Source: Mobula hypostoma (lineage: Eukaryota). Taken from it: a DNA stretch of 64,000 bases. The DNA lies in the NCBI RefSeq assembly GCF_963921235.1, contig NC_086112.1:21018001-21082000 (forward strand), written 5' to 3'. This document shows positions 51,477 through 63,827 of the stretch, piece after piece (positions within the stretch are counted from its first letter, which is position 1; every line of letters starts with the position of its first letter). A model generated the notes under the pieces. It searched no databases and had not been told where the DNA came from. It was given only the letters and a program-made list of their open reading frames with translations. Both the position numbers and the translations under genes were made by a program.

Positions 51477-51690
51477 AACACGAGGAAAGCTGCAGATGCT
51501 GGAAATTCAAGCAACACACACAAAATGCTGGTGGAACACTGCAGGCCAGGTAGCATCTATAGAAAGAAGTACAGTCAACATTTCGTGCCGAGACCCTTCG
51601 TCAGGACTAGCATTACTCTACTGAAGACATCTGCCTCGACAAACCTCTCACTCTTCCCCTCTCCACTCTTCTTTTATTTCCAGGATAAAC
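51477..51690 (-). mobile_element. Penelope pLTR-derived insert with hammerhead-like motif
   Basis: Minus strand AGTC-CTGACGA-AGGGTCTCGGCAC-GAAA-TGTT-GACT; degenerate flanking duplication TCTAGAAAGTCCACACC / TCTAAAAGTCTCCACC. Confidence 0.65.
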
Positions 51691-52481
51691 TCTAAAAGTC
51701 TCCACCTAGCTGGAATTTCAAACATTGCTCTTTACTGGTGGAAGTCAAGCAGATCAGACTCTAGATGCAGCCATAAATGACGATCAGAGCATCAGTCTTC
51801 ATTACAGTTAGGTTGTACCATTTGCACCTGCACTCATGCTTTGACGATACACACCCAATCTTGCTTCAGAAAATAGTGCAATCCATAAAGCTGTTGACCC
51901 GATCCTAAACTCATTATGAAGCAAGTTAAACTGCCAGTGGAAGCCAAAATGTTTTCATTGCATTGTAATGTCTCATTGTGAAGCTATTATATTTGCTTCC
52001 TAAACGCTTTGGCCCCTCTGCTGGCAAGAATTGTATTGAGGCCACACAAGATCATAAATCCCAGAACATTCGCGGAATTTTCTCAGATACACCGCCTTTT
52101 TGCAAGAGCCATAAATTTAAGAATTTTTGTCTCCACCCTTCCCATCATTATAAAACATCTGTCTTCAAATGTTCTAATAGAACCGCATTCTGCTTGTGTT
52201 CCAATCTTCAGCAGGCAAGTTCCCAGCCTTCAGCTTTGGCTCAACTAATTGCAAATTTTTGTCAACTTCCTCGGAAACAGCACTGTACAGATTCCTACTT
52301 TTCCCTAACCACTCCCAACCAAACATTTTTAAAAGGCACTTCACCAGTAATGGGCCCAAATCTTCAAATGTCAACTGGTCCCAATCGGCACATTTCTCAT
52401 TCTTCCACCTTTGCCCAAGTTTCACACCCATTCTACTTACCCTGTTTTAATGTGTTTTTCATTCTGATTCTGGTAACTGTA

Positions 52482-52882
52482 CAATACTGTGCAAAAGTCA
52501 TGGGCACCATGGTTTTTCTTATATATGGTTTCAGATGGTATGGCCTCCACCGAGTTCTGATCATAACATCATCGAGGCAGTCTGGGATTACCTGGACTGA
52601 CAGAAGCAAGTGAGACTGCCAAAGTCTGCAGAAGAACTATGGCACGTTCGCCAAGATGCTTGAAACAACCTAACAGCCAATTTTCTGATAAAACTGCAGG
52701 ACAGTGTACCCTGGAAAATTGATGCAGTTTTAAAGGCAAAGAGTGATCACACCAAATATTGATTTAATTTAGTTTTTTACTGTTTGTTGCACTTTATAGT
52801 ACTTTTTTTGATATTTAGAAAGCATCTTTGCTCTACAGAACTGTTTTTTTTTACAAGTGCCTAAGACTTTTGCACAGTACTG
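52482..52882 (+). mobile_element. Internally deleted Tc1 transposon
   Basis: TIR CA(A/G)TACTGTGCAAAAGTC; transposase C-terminal remnant WDYLD...SAEELW...IDAVLKAKSDHTKY. Confidence 0.85.
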
Positions 52883-52915
52883 CACTTCACCCTTCTGAAA
52901 TTCTTCCTTAGTTTA

Positions 52916-53424
52916 CACTCAGTGGCAGCTTCATTAGGGTGACATGTACACATGCTCGTTAATTCAAATATCTAATCATCCAATCGTGTGGCAGCAACTC
53001 AGTCCACAAAAGCATGCAGACATGGTCAAGAGGTTCAGTTGTCATTCAGACCAAGCATCAGAATGGGGAAAAAATGAGATTAAAGTGACTTGGACTGTGG
53101 AATGATTGGTGGTGCCAGACATGGTGATTTGAGTATCTGATCTCCTGGGTTTTTCATGTACAATTGTCTCTAGAGTTTTAAAAAAACAAAATAAACATCC
53201 AGTGAGCAGAAGGTCTGTGGGAGAAAATGCCTTGTTAATGACATGAAGGTAGCAGTAACTTAAATAGCCATCTGTTACAACAGTGGTGTGCAAAAGAGTG
53301 TTTCTGAACCCACAATACGCCAAACCTTGTAGTAAATTGGCTACAGCAGCAGGGGACCATGAAGATGCACTCAGTGACTACTTTATTAGGAATAGGAAGG
53401 ACCAAGTAAATTGGTCACTGAGTG
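52916..53424 (+). mobile_element. Tc1-like MITE
   Basis: TA-CACTCAGTG ... CACTGAGTG-TA; same family as 8506, 33811 and 38008. Confidence 0.85.
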
Positions 53425-54614
53425 TACATGATGACCAGTTTTGTTCAGGATGTCGACATCTTTCTTCAGTGAGATTGACTGGACTGAAGTTACATTGTTA
53501 ACTTCTGCGTTTCAAGTATCAGCAGAAGATAAAATTCTTCACCTCTTTCGCAATGGTGGTCAATGAATAGCAAACCTTACTTAAAATACATACACGCACT
53601 CCATTACAAAGTGGCAGGGTGAGATGGCAAGTCAGCATCAATATCTTGTTGGATCCCATACTTTATGAAAACAGAAACAATTAGTTATGCTGAGCCAAAA
53701 TTAACTTTCTAATGCTCAACTGAAATATTGTGTTCAGTTTTAATACCACAATTTAGGAACACGTTCAAAGTCTTGGAAAAGATACAGAGGTGATTAATAA
53801 AAATTGTTATCTCTGATTTTCTTTAAGCAGACAAACCAGACGGAAAGGGAAAGAGAAAATGTCTGAGGCGCTGTTAAAGAAGAGAAACAGATTCTATCAC
53901 TGGAAAATCTAACACAGCTTAAAGATAATGGGCAAAAGAAAGAGAGGGAAGCTTGAGTCATCTGTAATGTTAAATTAGTAGGCAAGCTATAAACTGTGGA
54001 TATACGTACTTATGGAAATGGACCTCTACAAACAGCTCAACCAATGCCAAAAATGTAGCAGGACACACCCCTATCATTCAACCTGTCTTCACAGGTATTT
54101 AGGGACAGCCTAAATAGCACTTGTCAATAAACCAGAGGTGATGTATCTACCCGAAGTTGGAAAAAGGGAACATAATTGGTGAAGACGTGGGCCTCAGTTC
54201 AATATCTAAATATTATATATGGCTTAATTTTAATGAAATAACTTGGAGATCTGAAATGGAATAATAAAGTTGAAAACCGTGAGCATGAATGACTGATAAA
54301 ATAATTGATCGACCATTTCTTTATACTATTGAACACCGTAAATAAAAGACTATACATATACCAAATGAAAGAACTTTCTAACAAAATATGTGATTAAGTC
54401 CATTATCGTCTTATATTAGGATTTATTGTAATGCCTGCACTGTTTTGTGCACGTTATGCAGTCCCGGGTAGGTCTGTAGTCTAGTGTAGTTTTTGTATTG
54501 TTTCACGTAGCACCATGGTCCTGAAAAACGTTGTCTCGTTTTTACTGTGTACTGTACCAGCAGTTATGGTCGAAATGACAATAAAAAGTGACTTGACTTG
54601 ACTTGACTTGATTA

Positions 54615-54985
54615 GGACGATCTCATTGAAACCCACCTAATACTGGGAGGCCTGGAGGGAGTGGAAGTGGAGACGACATTTCCAATAATGGGAGAGTCTA
54701 GAACCAGAGGGTGCAGCTTCAGAATAGAAGTATACCACTTTAGAACAGGGATGAGGAAGGATTTCTTCAGCCTGAGGGTGGTCATTCTGTGGAATTTATC
54801 GTTACAGATGGTGTGGAGGCCAACTCATTGGGTATATTTAAAGCAGAGGTTAATAGCTTTTTGGTTAGTAAAGGTGTCATAGGTAATGGGGAGAAGGCAG
54901 GAGAATGGAGTTGAGAGGGGAAATGATCGAATAGTGGAGCAGATTTGATGGGCCATATGGCCTAACTCTGACCTCTTATGTCCTT
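54615..54985 (+). mobile_element. CR1 3' fragment, preceded by a LINE tail ending in (GACTT)n
   Basis: FPIMGESRTRG...MRKDFFSLRVVILWN; (GACTT)n at ~54589-54610. Confidence 0.7.
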
Positions 54986-55406
54986 GGTTTTATCCCCTTA
55001 TCTTCATCATGCATCTTTTACATTTGCACTTCAAAATATTGGAGAGTTTATTTTCTCAGAAGCAACCTGTTTTCTCTGACCAGCAAGAAAACACTACTGA
55101 AACTAGCACCATGCAGCTGGCCAAGCCGAAGAACAGATGCTCAGAAATAGTGCAGTAGGAAGGGAAACAGGGCAGGCTTGCAGGAGAGAAGCAAGCAGAT
55201 TGGGTTAAGAACCCTGTCTGGTCTCTTCGGCTGGATCCCTCCCTTTCAAGGCACCAGCTGCACTCCATTCCCTGAGGTGAAGACTCAGCCAAGAACTGAT
55301 GAGCCAGAATGTTGTCATCTTGCAGTACAGCCTAGTACATGAAGCAGCTTGCATTCGGCAGGCATAGGAAAACAGCCACAATGAAAAGTATAAGACCAGC
55401 CATTTC

Positions 55407-55680
55407 CTTCTTCTCAAGCCTATCTCTCCATCTGGGGCATAGGCTGCCCACAGCAGCTCACCGGAGTCCTCTGTCTTCGGCCAAAGGATGATCGGTCCTG
55501 TAGCCTTGGTTTTCATGACATGACTTCATAAGTCCTCGAAGTGAAGGTCCTTCCTCTCCCAGGGATGATGTCTATGGAGTTCCTGTAGGTCTGGGTTTTT
55601 AAGAGATTGGGTTTGCAATCCAATGCCCAACCCTCCTTCTTTCACAGGCAGGTTTGGGACCGTCAATGGTGGAGTTATAC
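55407..55680 (-). mobile_element. RTE-related non-autonomous element
   Basis: 3' end ...GCTGCTGTGGGCAGCCTATGCCCCAG...GAGAAGAAG is typical of RTE tails (from memory). Confidence 0.5.
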
Positions 55681-56399
55681 GACAGGGGTATGAAGGAAAG
55701 ATTTCCTTCAGAGGGGAAGGAAGTTGGCAGAGCCTCCAAAAGGAGGAATATGGAAAGGTCATTTGTACTTTTGAGGTTGGAGTGCGTATTGGGAGTGACA
55801 AGAGGATAGACACATGAAGGTGCAAATCCACAAATTAAAATATTAAATAGAAAAGGAAAACAATTAAGAGCAGGCCAAGGAGCATCTGTGGTAAAAGAAA
55901 TAAAGATAATATCTATGATCCGCCCCCACTCATGAGAATTGGAAAACGTTACAGTGGGGAAAGTTTTCAACAAACACATAGGTTGAGAAATGGAGGTGGA
56001 GGAAAGAAAAAGAATTTCTCAGAAAGGTCTAGAAAGTGGGAATGATTAAATGATAAAAGTGATGAAGGTGCACAGTAAAAGGAACTTGTTCTGGGAATAA
56101 AATATATAAGAGATGACATACAGAGGTTATTAGATGGCAACAGAAGCTGCTGCTCTCCTAAAATGTACAAGCATTGGCTAAAATCTCAAATAGCTTGTGT
56201 TCAGTTGGTAGGGCTGTGATGCACCCTGTCAACAGATGAGGTGCTACTCGTTGAACTCCTATGTGAGTTGAGAACACAACATGCTGAACTGGAAGCATGA
56301 GTAAATCAGTAACTAACTGATAGGATTATTGGTGCAGGTAGGAGAAGGGAGGAAGAGAGCAGGGAGATTATGAAACTGCTGCATTTGTGTGTATTGGTA

Positions 56400-57965
56400 A
56401 ATTAGTTTATCAGTGTCACATGAACTTTCGTATAGTGGAAAATCTCTCTTTTATATTGATCAATCCATTACAACAGTGTATTGAGGTAATACGAGAAAAA
56501 AACAAAAGCCGAGCAGTGTTACAGATGCAGAAAAGGTGCAGTGCAGGTTGACAATAAGACACAATGTCATAACAAGGTAGATTGTGAGGTCAAGAGTCCA
56601 TCTTATTGTACTAGGGAACTGTTCAATAGTCTAATAAAATTGAGTCTGGTGGTTTGTGCTTTCAATGGGAGGGAGGAGAAGAGAAAATGCCCAGTGTGGG
56701 TGTGGTCTTTGATTATGTTAGCTGCTTTAGACATAATCCAAGAAGTGTAGAATGATAAGATACTTTATATGGTTCATCAATAAAAAATAGTGAGGGTCAA
56801 ATGGGATACATCAGATTTCATTAGCCTTCTGAAGAAATAGAGGCTTTGGTTTTCTTAGCTATGACATCTGTACAGTTGGACCATAACTGGCTTTAAGTGA
56901 TGAAGCTCTCAACCCTCCCAATCTCCCAATCTCAGCACCATGGACGTAAACAGGATCATGTTCATCAACCCCTTTATTGAAGTCAATGACAAGCTCTTGT
57001 TTTTCTGACATTCGAGGAAAAGTTGTCATGACACCTGTCACTAGGCTTTCTTTCTCCTTCCTGAAGCTTGACTCATCATTCTTTGAGATACAGCGCACTA
57101 CGGGGTGGTGTCTTCTGCAAACTTGTGGAGTTTGTAAAGTGGAGTAGATGGAGTTGGAATCCAACCACGTAATCATGACTGTATAGGATATAGAGTAGAG
57201 CACTGAGGATGCTGCTTTATGGAGCATCAGTGTTGAGGCTAGTATTGGCAGAGGCATTACTGCCTGTCCTTATTGATTGTGGTCCACTGGTCAGGAAACC
57301 AAAGACCCATTGTAAAGGGAGCTGTTCAGTTCCAAGTCTGGGAGTTTGGAAATGAGTTTGCTTGGAATTATAGTATTGAAGGCATAACTCGTCAATAAAC
57401 AATAGTCTCATGTACGTGTCTTTACTGTCCACATGCTCCAGGGTGAATGTAGGGCCAGGGAGATGGTGTCTGCCATGGACCTATGTTCAGTGGTAGGTGA
57501 ATTGCGGTGGGTTATGGTTGCCTGGGAGGCTGGAGGTGATGTGTGCCATGACCAGCTCTCAAATTCTTCATGAAGGTGGAAAGCCACCAGTTAGTAAATA
57601 TTAAGACACATTACTTTGTTTTTATTAGGTACCAGGATGATAGCGGTCTTCTTAAAGTGGGTGGGAACTTCAGATTGAAGCAGGGAGAGGTTAAAAATGC
57701 CTGAAAATACCTTTGCCAGCCGATTGGTGCAGGATCTAAGGGCACAACAAGGGACACCATCCAGGCCAGATGTTTTCCAAAGGTTCACTCTCCAGAATAC
57801 TGATCTTGTATCCACAATGGTAACCATGAGTTCAGAAGGATTGGAGGATGTCAGTATAGAGGGTGGCATTCCAAACCCCTGTTGTTCAAACCATTTATAG
57901 AATGCACGAAGCCCATTGGAAAGGGATGCATTATTGTTGGCACTACTGCCTGAGTTCATTTTATA
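56400..57965 (-). mobile_element. Degenerate Rex1/Babar LINE
   Basis: SGLDGVPCCALRSCTNRLAKVFSGIFNLSLLQSEVPTHFKKTAIILVPNK and ELVIDF motifs. Confidence 0.8.
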
Positions 57966-58550
57966 CTTAAATGAGAAGCTGCCTAGGAAGGGGGAAAGGG
58001 GTCAGTATTAAGGAATCTTAGTCCAGATTAATACAAGGGAATGGTCTCTTCAATATCCTGAAAGAAGTGAGAACAATGAGTTGGACAACACACTGGGCCC
58101 ATTGAAAGCAGAGGAGTGAAAGTGGAAGCTGAGGGTTTGGTTGGGAGAGGGGTGGAGATGTGGACGGTTTTTTTCCTGCTGCACTGATCTATATTCTAGA
58201 CCAAGCATTAGTTGAGCATTGGCTTATCTGAAGCAGTCCAGCTTGCAAATTCCATGAAGGGTGTAGATAAGGACTGCATAGATTTAGGGATATGGAAGGC
58301 AAGCTGATAGTAAATAAACAGATAGTGATAGTTAGCATGTGCAACTTCATGGTGTCCAAAAATTGTGGTATTAATACTTTCAATCCTATTTCTTAAAATT
58401 TAACTCTACTTTGGATATATGTTTCTGAAAATATAAACATATTTTTATTGTGAAATGGGTACAGACCTTATTGTTCATTTAATTATATCAAAGAGCAGCG
58501 TTCAGAGTTTTGTCATGAATCCCCAGCATACATCTATCCACAGGACTTAC

Positions 58551-58801
58551 ATCACTTTTGCGGAAGATAGCTTCTGAAATTTATTATCCAGGTTCATCAA
58601 GTACCTGATTGCTCCCATCCTGTTGACTTTTTATCAAATCATTTGAGCCATAATAGAGCTTAGTTGAAAGGTCATCAGCCTGAAGTCTGTTTCACTCTCC
58701 CGTGATGCTCCTGAACTGCTGAGTATTTCTAGTATTCTCTGTATTCACTTTGGTTCTGTTGGAACAGTTGGCCCTCAAGAGGGTTGCATTTTGTTTACAA
58801 A
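58551..58801 (-). pseudogene. Candidate exon remnant B, interrupted by a ~90-bp Penelope-derived fragment (~58662-58750)
   Basis: Acceptor TATTATTCTGTTTAG| and strong donor GAT|GTAAGT. After removing the insert it reads L*TKCNPLEGQLFQQNQSSIMAQMI**KVNRMGAIRYLMNLDNKFQKLSSAKV. Frame across the insert is uncertain. Confidence 0.4.
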
Positions 58802-59454
58802 CTAAACAGAATAATAGATCAGAGCCTATTTATACATCCAGTTTTGCTGAAGGATAGTGGCAATTTAGTTTATTACCCAGGAGACCATTTAAGGTCACTT
58901 GCCTAGAAATTAAAAAGAAAGCATTGCTATGCCTTTTGTCTGCACCACACAATACAAAAATCAATTTAATCCAGAATAAATCACACTAGCAATCATTTGC
59001 AGGTGAAATTGTGACGATCATAAAATTCGAGTGGGCACTTTGGATCACAGTCCTCAAAGTGTTCCTACTGACACAGGGGACCTTATATGACTGCTTCAGG
59101 ACAGTGTGTAGATCAGTCAAACAATTCCCAAAGTCCATCAAGTGTGCTTATAGTGTTGTTGCAGTGTTTAATTGTCGGGTGATTAATTCAGGGAGAGCCT
59201 CAGTAATCACAGCAATGGCAGCACTTCACACTGGAAACTTAAGGTTAGCCGACGAGGAGAGATTGAGTTACCTGGGACTATACTCACTGGAATTCAGAAG
59301 AATGAGAGCAGATTTTATAGAATCATATGAAATTATGAAAGGAATAGATAAGACAGAGGCAGAAAAGGTGTCTCCATTGAAAACACTGAAGAGGGGTTGG
59401 GGCCAGGAGGCAGGAGGTATACAGACATCCATCCGTAAAGAGTATGGGCAGCAC

Positions 59455-59680
59455 ATGGGCACAGTAGTGATGATGCCTCATTGTGCCGGAGACCCTGCTT
59501 CAACACTGATATCTGGTGCTGTCTGTGTGGAGTTTGCACGTTCTCTCTATGACCACATAGGTTTTCTCTGAGTATCCAGTTTCCTTCCACAATCCAAGAC
59601 GTGCAGGTTGGTAGGTTAATTCGACACTGTTAATTGCCCTTGGTGCAGACGTTAGTGGTAAATTGAGGAATATGGGGATA
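59455..59680 (+). mobile_element. V-SINE-like element
   Basis: GTCTGTGTGGAGTTTGCACGTTCTC V-domain motif. Confidence 0.7.
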
Positions 59681-59804
59681 ATTTTAAAATTTCATTGTGC
59701 AGAAAGGCTGGACTCTCTACGACTCTACAACAATGCACAGTGAAACACCAAATGGACTGGACTGTAGTCATCACTTTCTGTAGACTTTCCATTCCTGGAT
59801 ATTA

Positions 59805-60175
59805 GTGTTTTTATACCAGTCCATGATGCAACCAGTCAGGATGTTCTCCACTGTGCACCTACAGAAGGTTGCCAAATCTAAGCAAACTTCGAAGAAAGTA
59901 GAGGTGCCATTGTGCTTCTTTGTGATGGCACTTATATGCTGGTCCCAGGACCGATCCTCTGATATGATAACGCCTGGGAATTTAAAGTTACTGATCCTCT
60001 CCTGTTCCTATCCCCTAATGATGACTGGTTTGTGGAATTCCACTTCTTCCTCCTTATTTGATAATCAGCTCTTTGATTTAGCTGATGTTGAGTGAGGTTG
60101 TTGCTGAGGTACCATTCAACAAGATTTTCAATCTTCCTCCTATATTCCAATTCACCTCTGCCTTTAATTCGGCCA
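59805..60175 (-). mobile_element. Rex1/Babar LINE fragment
   Basis: EYRRKIENLVEWYLSNNLT and CTVENILTGCI motifs. Confidence 0.7.
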
Positions 60176-60599
60176 AAAATCCTTATAGGTTAAAAAACTG
60201 AAGGTGCGAGAAAGCTGGAATGATATTGAAGATGCTGGAACTACTCAATAGATACCACCAAACTTTGTGTTATTCAATAAAGCCTGGTCACCAGCCTTTT
60301 GATCTCTCTGCTTTTCCTCGCAATTTAAAAATTCCTATCTTCTCTCACTTCTGCTGAAACATCATCACCTTGAAGCATGAACCCTATTTTTCACATGCAG
60401 ATACTGCCTGACTGGAACATCAATAGTAAGTGTCTCATTACCCAATTTCCTAATACTGATCCATTACTTAGGGGACAGATGTCTGCTGCAATCATACTTC
60501 TTCTTTTACCAGAGCTACGGCTGAACCACAGACCCACCCTAGTTCAATGAGGACTGCACAGGAGGATAGCAAGAGCGGCAATATGTCTACCTTATAATG

Positions 60600-60760
60600 A
60601 AGCAAAGCACACAAATTGCTGGAGGAACTCAGCAGGCCAGGCAGCATCTATGGAAAAGAATGAACAGTCAACGTTTTAGGCTGAGATCCTTCATCAGGAC
60701 TGGAAAATAAAAGATGTCCTGATGGAGGGTCCAGTCCTGATGAAGGATCTCAGCAGTTGA
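60600..60760. mobile_element. Penelope-derived short element with a perfect 25-bp fold-back
   Basis: GCTGAGATCCTTCATCAGGACTGGA (60680-60704) and its reverse complement (60730-60754). Confidence 0.75.
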
Positions 60761-60784
60761 TTCTTAATTCCTCCCAGGAGGGGG

Positions 60785-61467
60785 GAGAAGATGGCGTCGC
60801 AATGACAGCGCGCACGGCCACTTTGGTGATGAATATCTGTTACCTGTCAAGTAGGGGGCCGTGCACAATTCTGATTTGTTGGAGACAGACGTGAGAGCAC
60901 AGCGGAACATCTGGAAAACTTCTGAAATGCCCGCTTCACTGCCGCTGCTACCGTGTGGTAACTGGAATCTCCGGAGGGGAAGGCCCTGAAATCCTCGGCT
61001 TTGCGTGGTTCAGCAGCCGGTGCGAGGTCGAAGGCACTCAGCAGAGGATGGCACTCAGGAGGCTGTATCGGAGAGGCTGCTCGGAAGCTCGGAGTTTTTG
61101 GACAGATGGACTCAGTGTTGGCTGGGGTCGGCTGCTTCCAAGGTATCAGCAAGTTGATGGTGCCTGGAGGTTTATGGCAGGGAGTTTCTCCGTTTTGCCA
61201 TCTGCTATCAGGGACTCGGGAGTCGATCAACTTGGGACTTTGAGAGCTTTTTTTTTTACTGTGCCTATGGTCTGTTCTTTATCAAATTATGGTATTGCTT
61301 TGCACTGCTGTAACTATATGTTATAATTATGTGGTTTTGTCAGTGTTAGTCTTTAGTTGGTCTTGTTTTCTGTGATATCACTCCGGAGAAACATTGTATC
61401 ATTTCTTAATGCATGTATGCATTTCTAAATGACAATAAAAGAGGACTGAGTGTTCTCATAATCTAAT
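60785..61467 (+). mobile_element. Non-autonomous retroelement (same family as 5620-6232)
   Basis: GC-rich 5' end with AAGATGGCG; internal and 3' motifs shared with the 5620 copy. Confidence 0.65.
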
Positions 61468-61834
61468 TTAGCCAGCTTGGGCTTAAATGTTGGGGGCTTC
61501 GTCATGGGAAATAACAAATGTCATTGATTCATTTATCAGTTTGGACTCAACTTTCCATCCTTATAAGATGCCAGCAGTAGGTAATGAAGGTCTCAGAAGC
61601 GTATATTAGGGAATCATTGCTGCCCAGTAGGCCATGAGTTTTGTACCAGGTCTGTGGTCTTCATCTTCAGAGGGCCTTCTTCTCAGCTGACCAAAGGCAG
61701 TGCAGGCCCATTGAAGGCAATGGCAATTTAAAAAGAAATGCATAATCAATGCAGTTGCAACCGGATTGCCGGGTCTTTGCAAAACATTATTCACCCTGCA
61801 AACAGCTTTTCCAAAAGCTCCCTTCCGGAAAGCT

Positions 61835-61957
61835 AACAACAGGAATTCTGCAGATGCTGGAAATTCAAGCAACATACATCAAAGTTGCTGGTGAACGCAG
61901 CAGGCCAAGCAGCATCTATAGGAAGAGGCGCAGTCGACGTTTCAGGCCGAGACCCTG
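61835..61957 (-). mobile_element. Penelope pLTR terminal fragment
   Basis: Near-identical to the termini of 35298-37524 (AAAGTTGCTGGTGAACGCAGCAGGCC...GTCGACGTTTCAGGCCGAGACCC). Confidence 0.8.
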
Positions 61958-62257
61958 TTGAAACAAAAACTGCACACCATCTTTAAAATTTCTTCCTTCA
62001 GGCAAGTTAATCTGATCAACCATTCTAGTTGCCCCACCCCATCTATCTGTTACCTGTATAATAGTTGGATATTGTAATTTTTGTGGCATATTGCGCAGAC
62101 ACACCACAGACATTTATATGTAAATGTATATGAACCTTAATAGAATGATACAAATGGTCACGTAGTCTATACAATCAGACTTGCTGTGGATCTTCACTTG
62201 CTATTACCAGCAGTGAAGGAGAAGCAGTTCCAATGCCCTGCGCATTCCTTATGGAAA

Positions 62258-62431
62258 TCAGCTGGGTTGCACAATCTTGGCACATCCCACCAGGCCTGTT
62301 ATCGTCTTCTGCCTTTGCAGCCAGATTCTCTGGGTGTTGTGGAGAGCTATGCTGATCTCATCTACCTCCTGCCATGCATCTTCTCTAGGCAAGATGCCAT
62401 GGGCTGCCAGTGGTGGCAACCCTCTTCTTGC
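62258..62431 (-). mobile_element. Myb/SANT-like (trihelix) coding remnant, possibly from a PIF/Harbinger accessory ORF
   Basis: Reads ...EDAWQEVDEISIALHNTQRIWLQRQKTITGLVGCAK, resembling the AW.EVA..V......RTW.QCRKK..DL pattern. Confidence 0.4.
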
Positions 62432-63827
62432 TAAATAGTAAACAGCAGGACCCTGCTAGTATATATAGCTATGTGGTGTCCAGAGATACAACAACTGCAT
62501 GCCATTTCAATCATTTCACTTTTATTAATCTAGTGTCAAATCCCTATAAATGATTATAAAAGGAAGAAAATCAAATGCAAAAAAAAATAGAATTGACTGT
62601 GAAACACACACAAAACGCTGGAGGAACTCAGCAGGCCAGGCAGCACCCATGGAAAAGAGCACAGTCGACAGTCAGCCTCCAGCATTTTCAGTGTGTTGCT
62701 CGGATTTCCAGTATTTGCAGGTTTCCTCTTGTTTGTGAAAGAATTGACTGTGAAGAGGATTGTAGGTGATCTTAGAACACACACACACACAAGTCTGTAA
62801 GAATTATAACCAGGAAAAATGACTTGCATTTACATTGCACCCTTAATGACATTAAATCTCCAAAAGCTCTTCACAGTGAATGAAGTGGTATAGCTATGTA
62901 GTGAGTACAATTTTGTAAGAAAAACAATAACCAATCAGCATAGAGCAAGCTGTCACAAACAGTGATGTGGAAACATTTGAAATTTAAGATTTAAATCATT
63001 TTGTTTCAGTGTAAGCACGGATCAGGAAATTAGGCATAACACCACCAAACTTCCTCAAAATAGCCCCAAGAGATCTTTTACATCCACCAGTGAAAGACAA
63101 GGCCATTCCGAAAAAGGCGTCCAACAGTGCAGCATTTTCCTAATATTGCGCTAGAAATTCATCCGGAAGGTAATTTCTGCTACAGTCTCCAAAGTGGAAC
63201 TGGAAACCAGAGCTATCAAGCTCAAAAGACAAGAGCACTGCCGTTGGCCATGATAGTTGTTTTAAAGAAGTTGCAAAAGAGTTTAGCTTCCAAAAGGAGG
63301 ACTTGAAATAAAAGCATAATGGAATTCAGCCAGATAAGCATTCAATGGAGGAAGAAATAGAGGATATGCTAACTAGGTCAGTTCAAGAAGAGAAGCTCAT
63401 GTAATCATGAACACTGACGTGCACTGACATTCTGCTATGTACATTCTATATAGTTCCATGAAAACATTATCTGTAATGTCTTTTACGAGTGTATGAACAT
63501 TCAAAAAGGAAAAAAGTAAAGGGAAGGAAAATAAGTTTGTAGATTGTCCTTTCATAGTATTGGCATAGATATAATGGGCAGACAAACCTCATTTTCAATA
63601 AAATAAGACTCTAAAGTTCACTAATTAGCTAAATCATTGAGATTCCTCATACAGCTTAAGGTTGCCAGTTAATTTCTAATAGTGAATGTTCAGAGAATTT
63701 ACCACAGTCATTCTCCAGCACTTTTGCCCCTTTCATAAAATAAAGTTAAGCTGGACTTCACGTCGCAAACATTGCAAATTTTATTTTAAGTTGAGGGGAA
63801 GGTGAAGTTTCATTTTAACTTATTTAC

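Larger units (their letters stand above)
51416..53660 (-). pseudogene. Large exon remnant C, interrupted by two Tc1-like elements and a Penelope-derived insert
   Basis: Acceptor TTGTTTCTGTTTTCATAAAG| at 53660 and donor GAA|GTAAGC at 51416. Contains the protein-like ORF 52431-52174 (DWDQLTFEDLGPLLVKCLLKMFGWEWLG...), which continues through stops (RQMFYNDG...IYGSCKKAVYLRKF...HFGFHWQFNLLHNEFRIG). Needs at least one or two frameshifts; could be more than one exon. Confidence 0.45.

Noticed and set aside
51978-52613. 211-aa plus-strand ORF
   Set aside because: No recognisable domain, GTG start, runs into a Tc1 element, and lies antisense to the more protein-like minus-strand frame.
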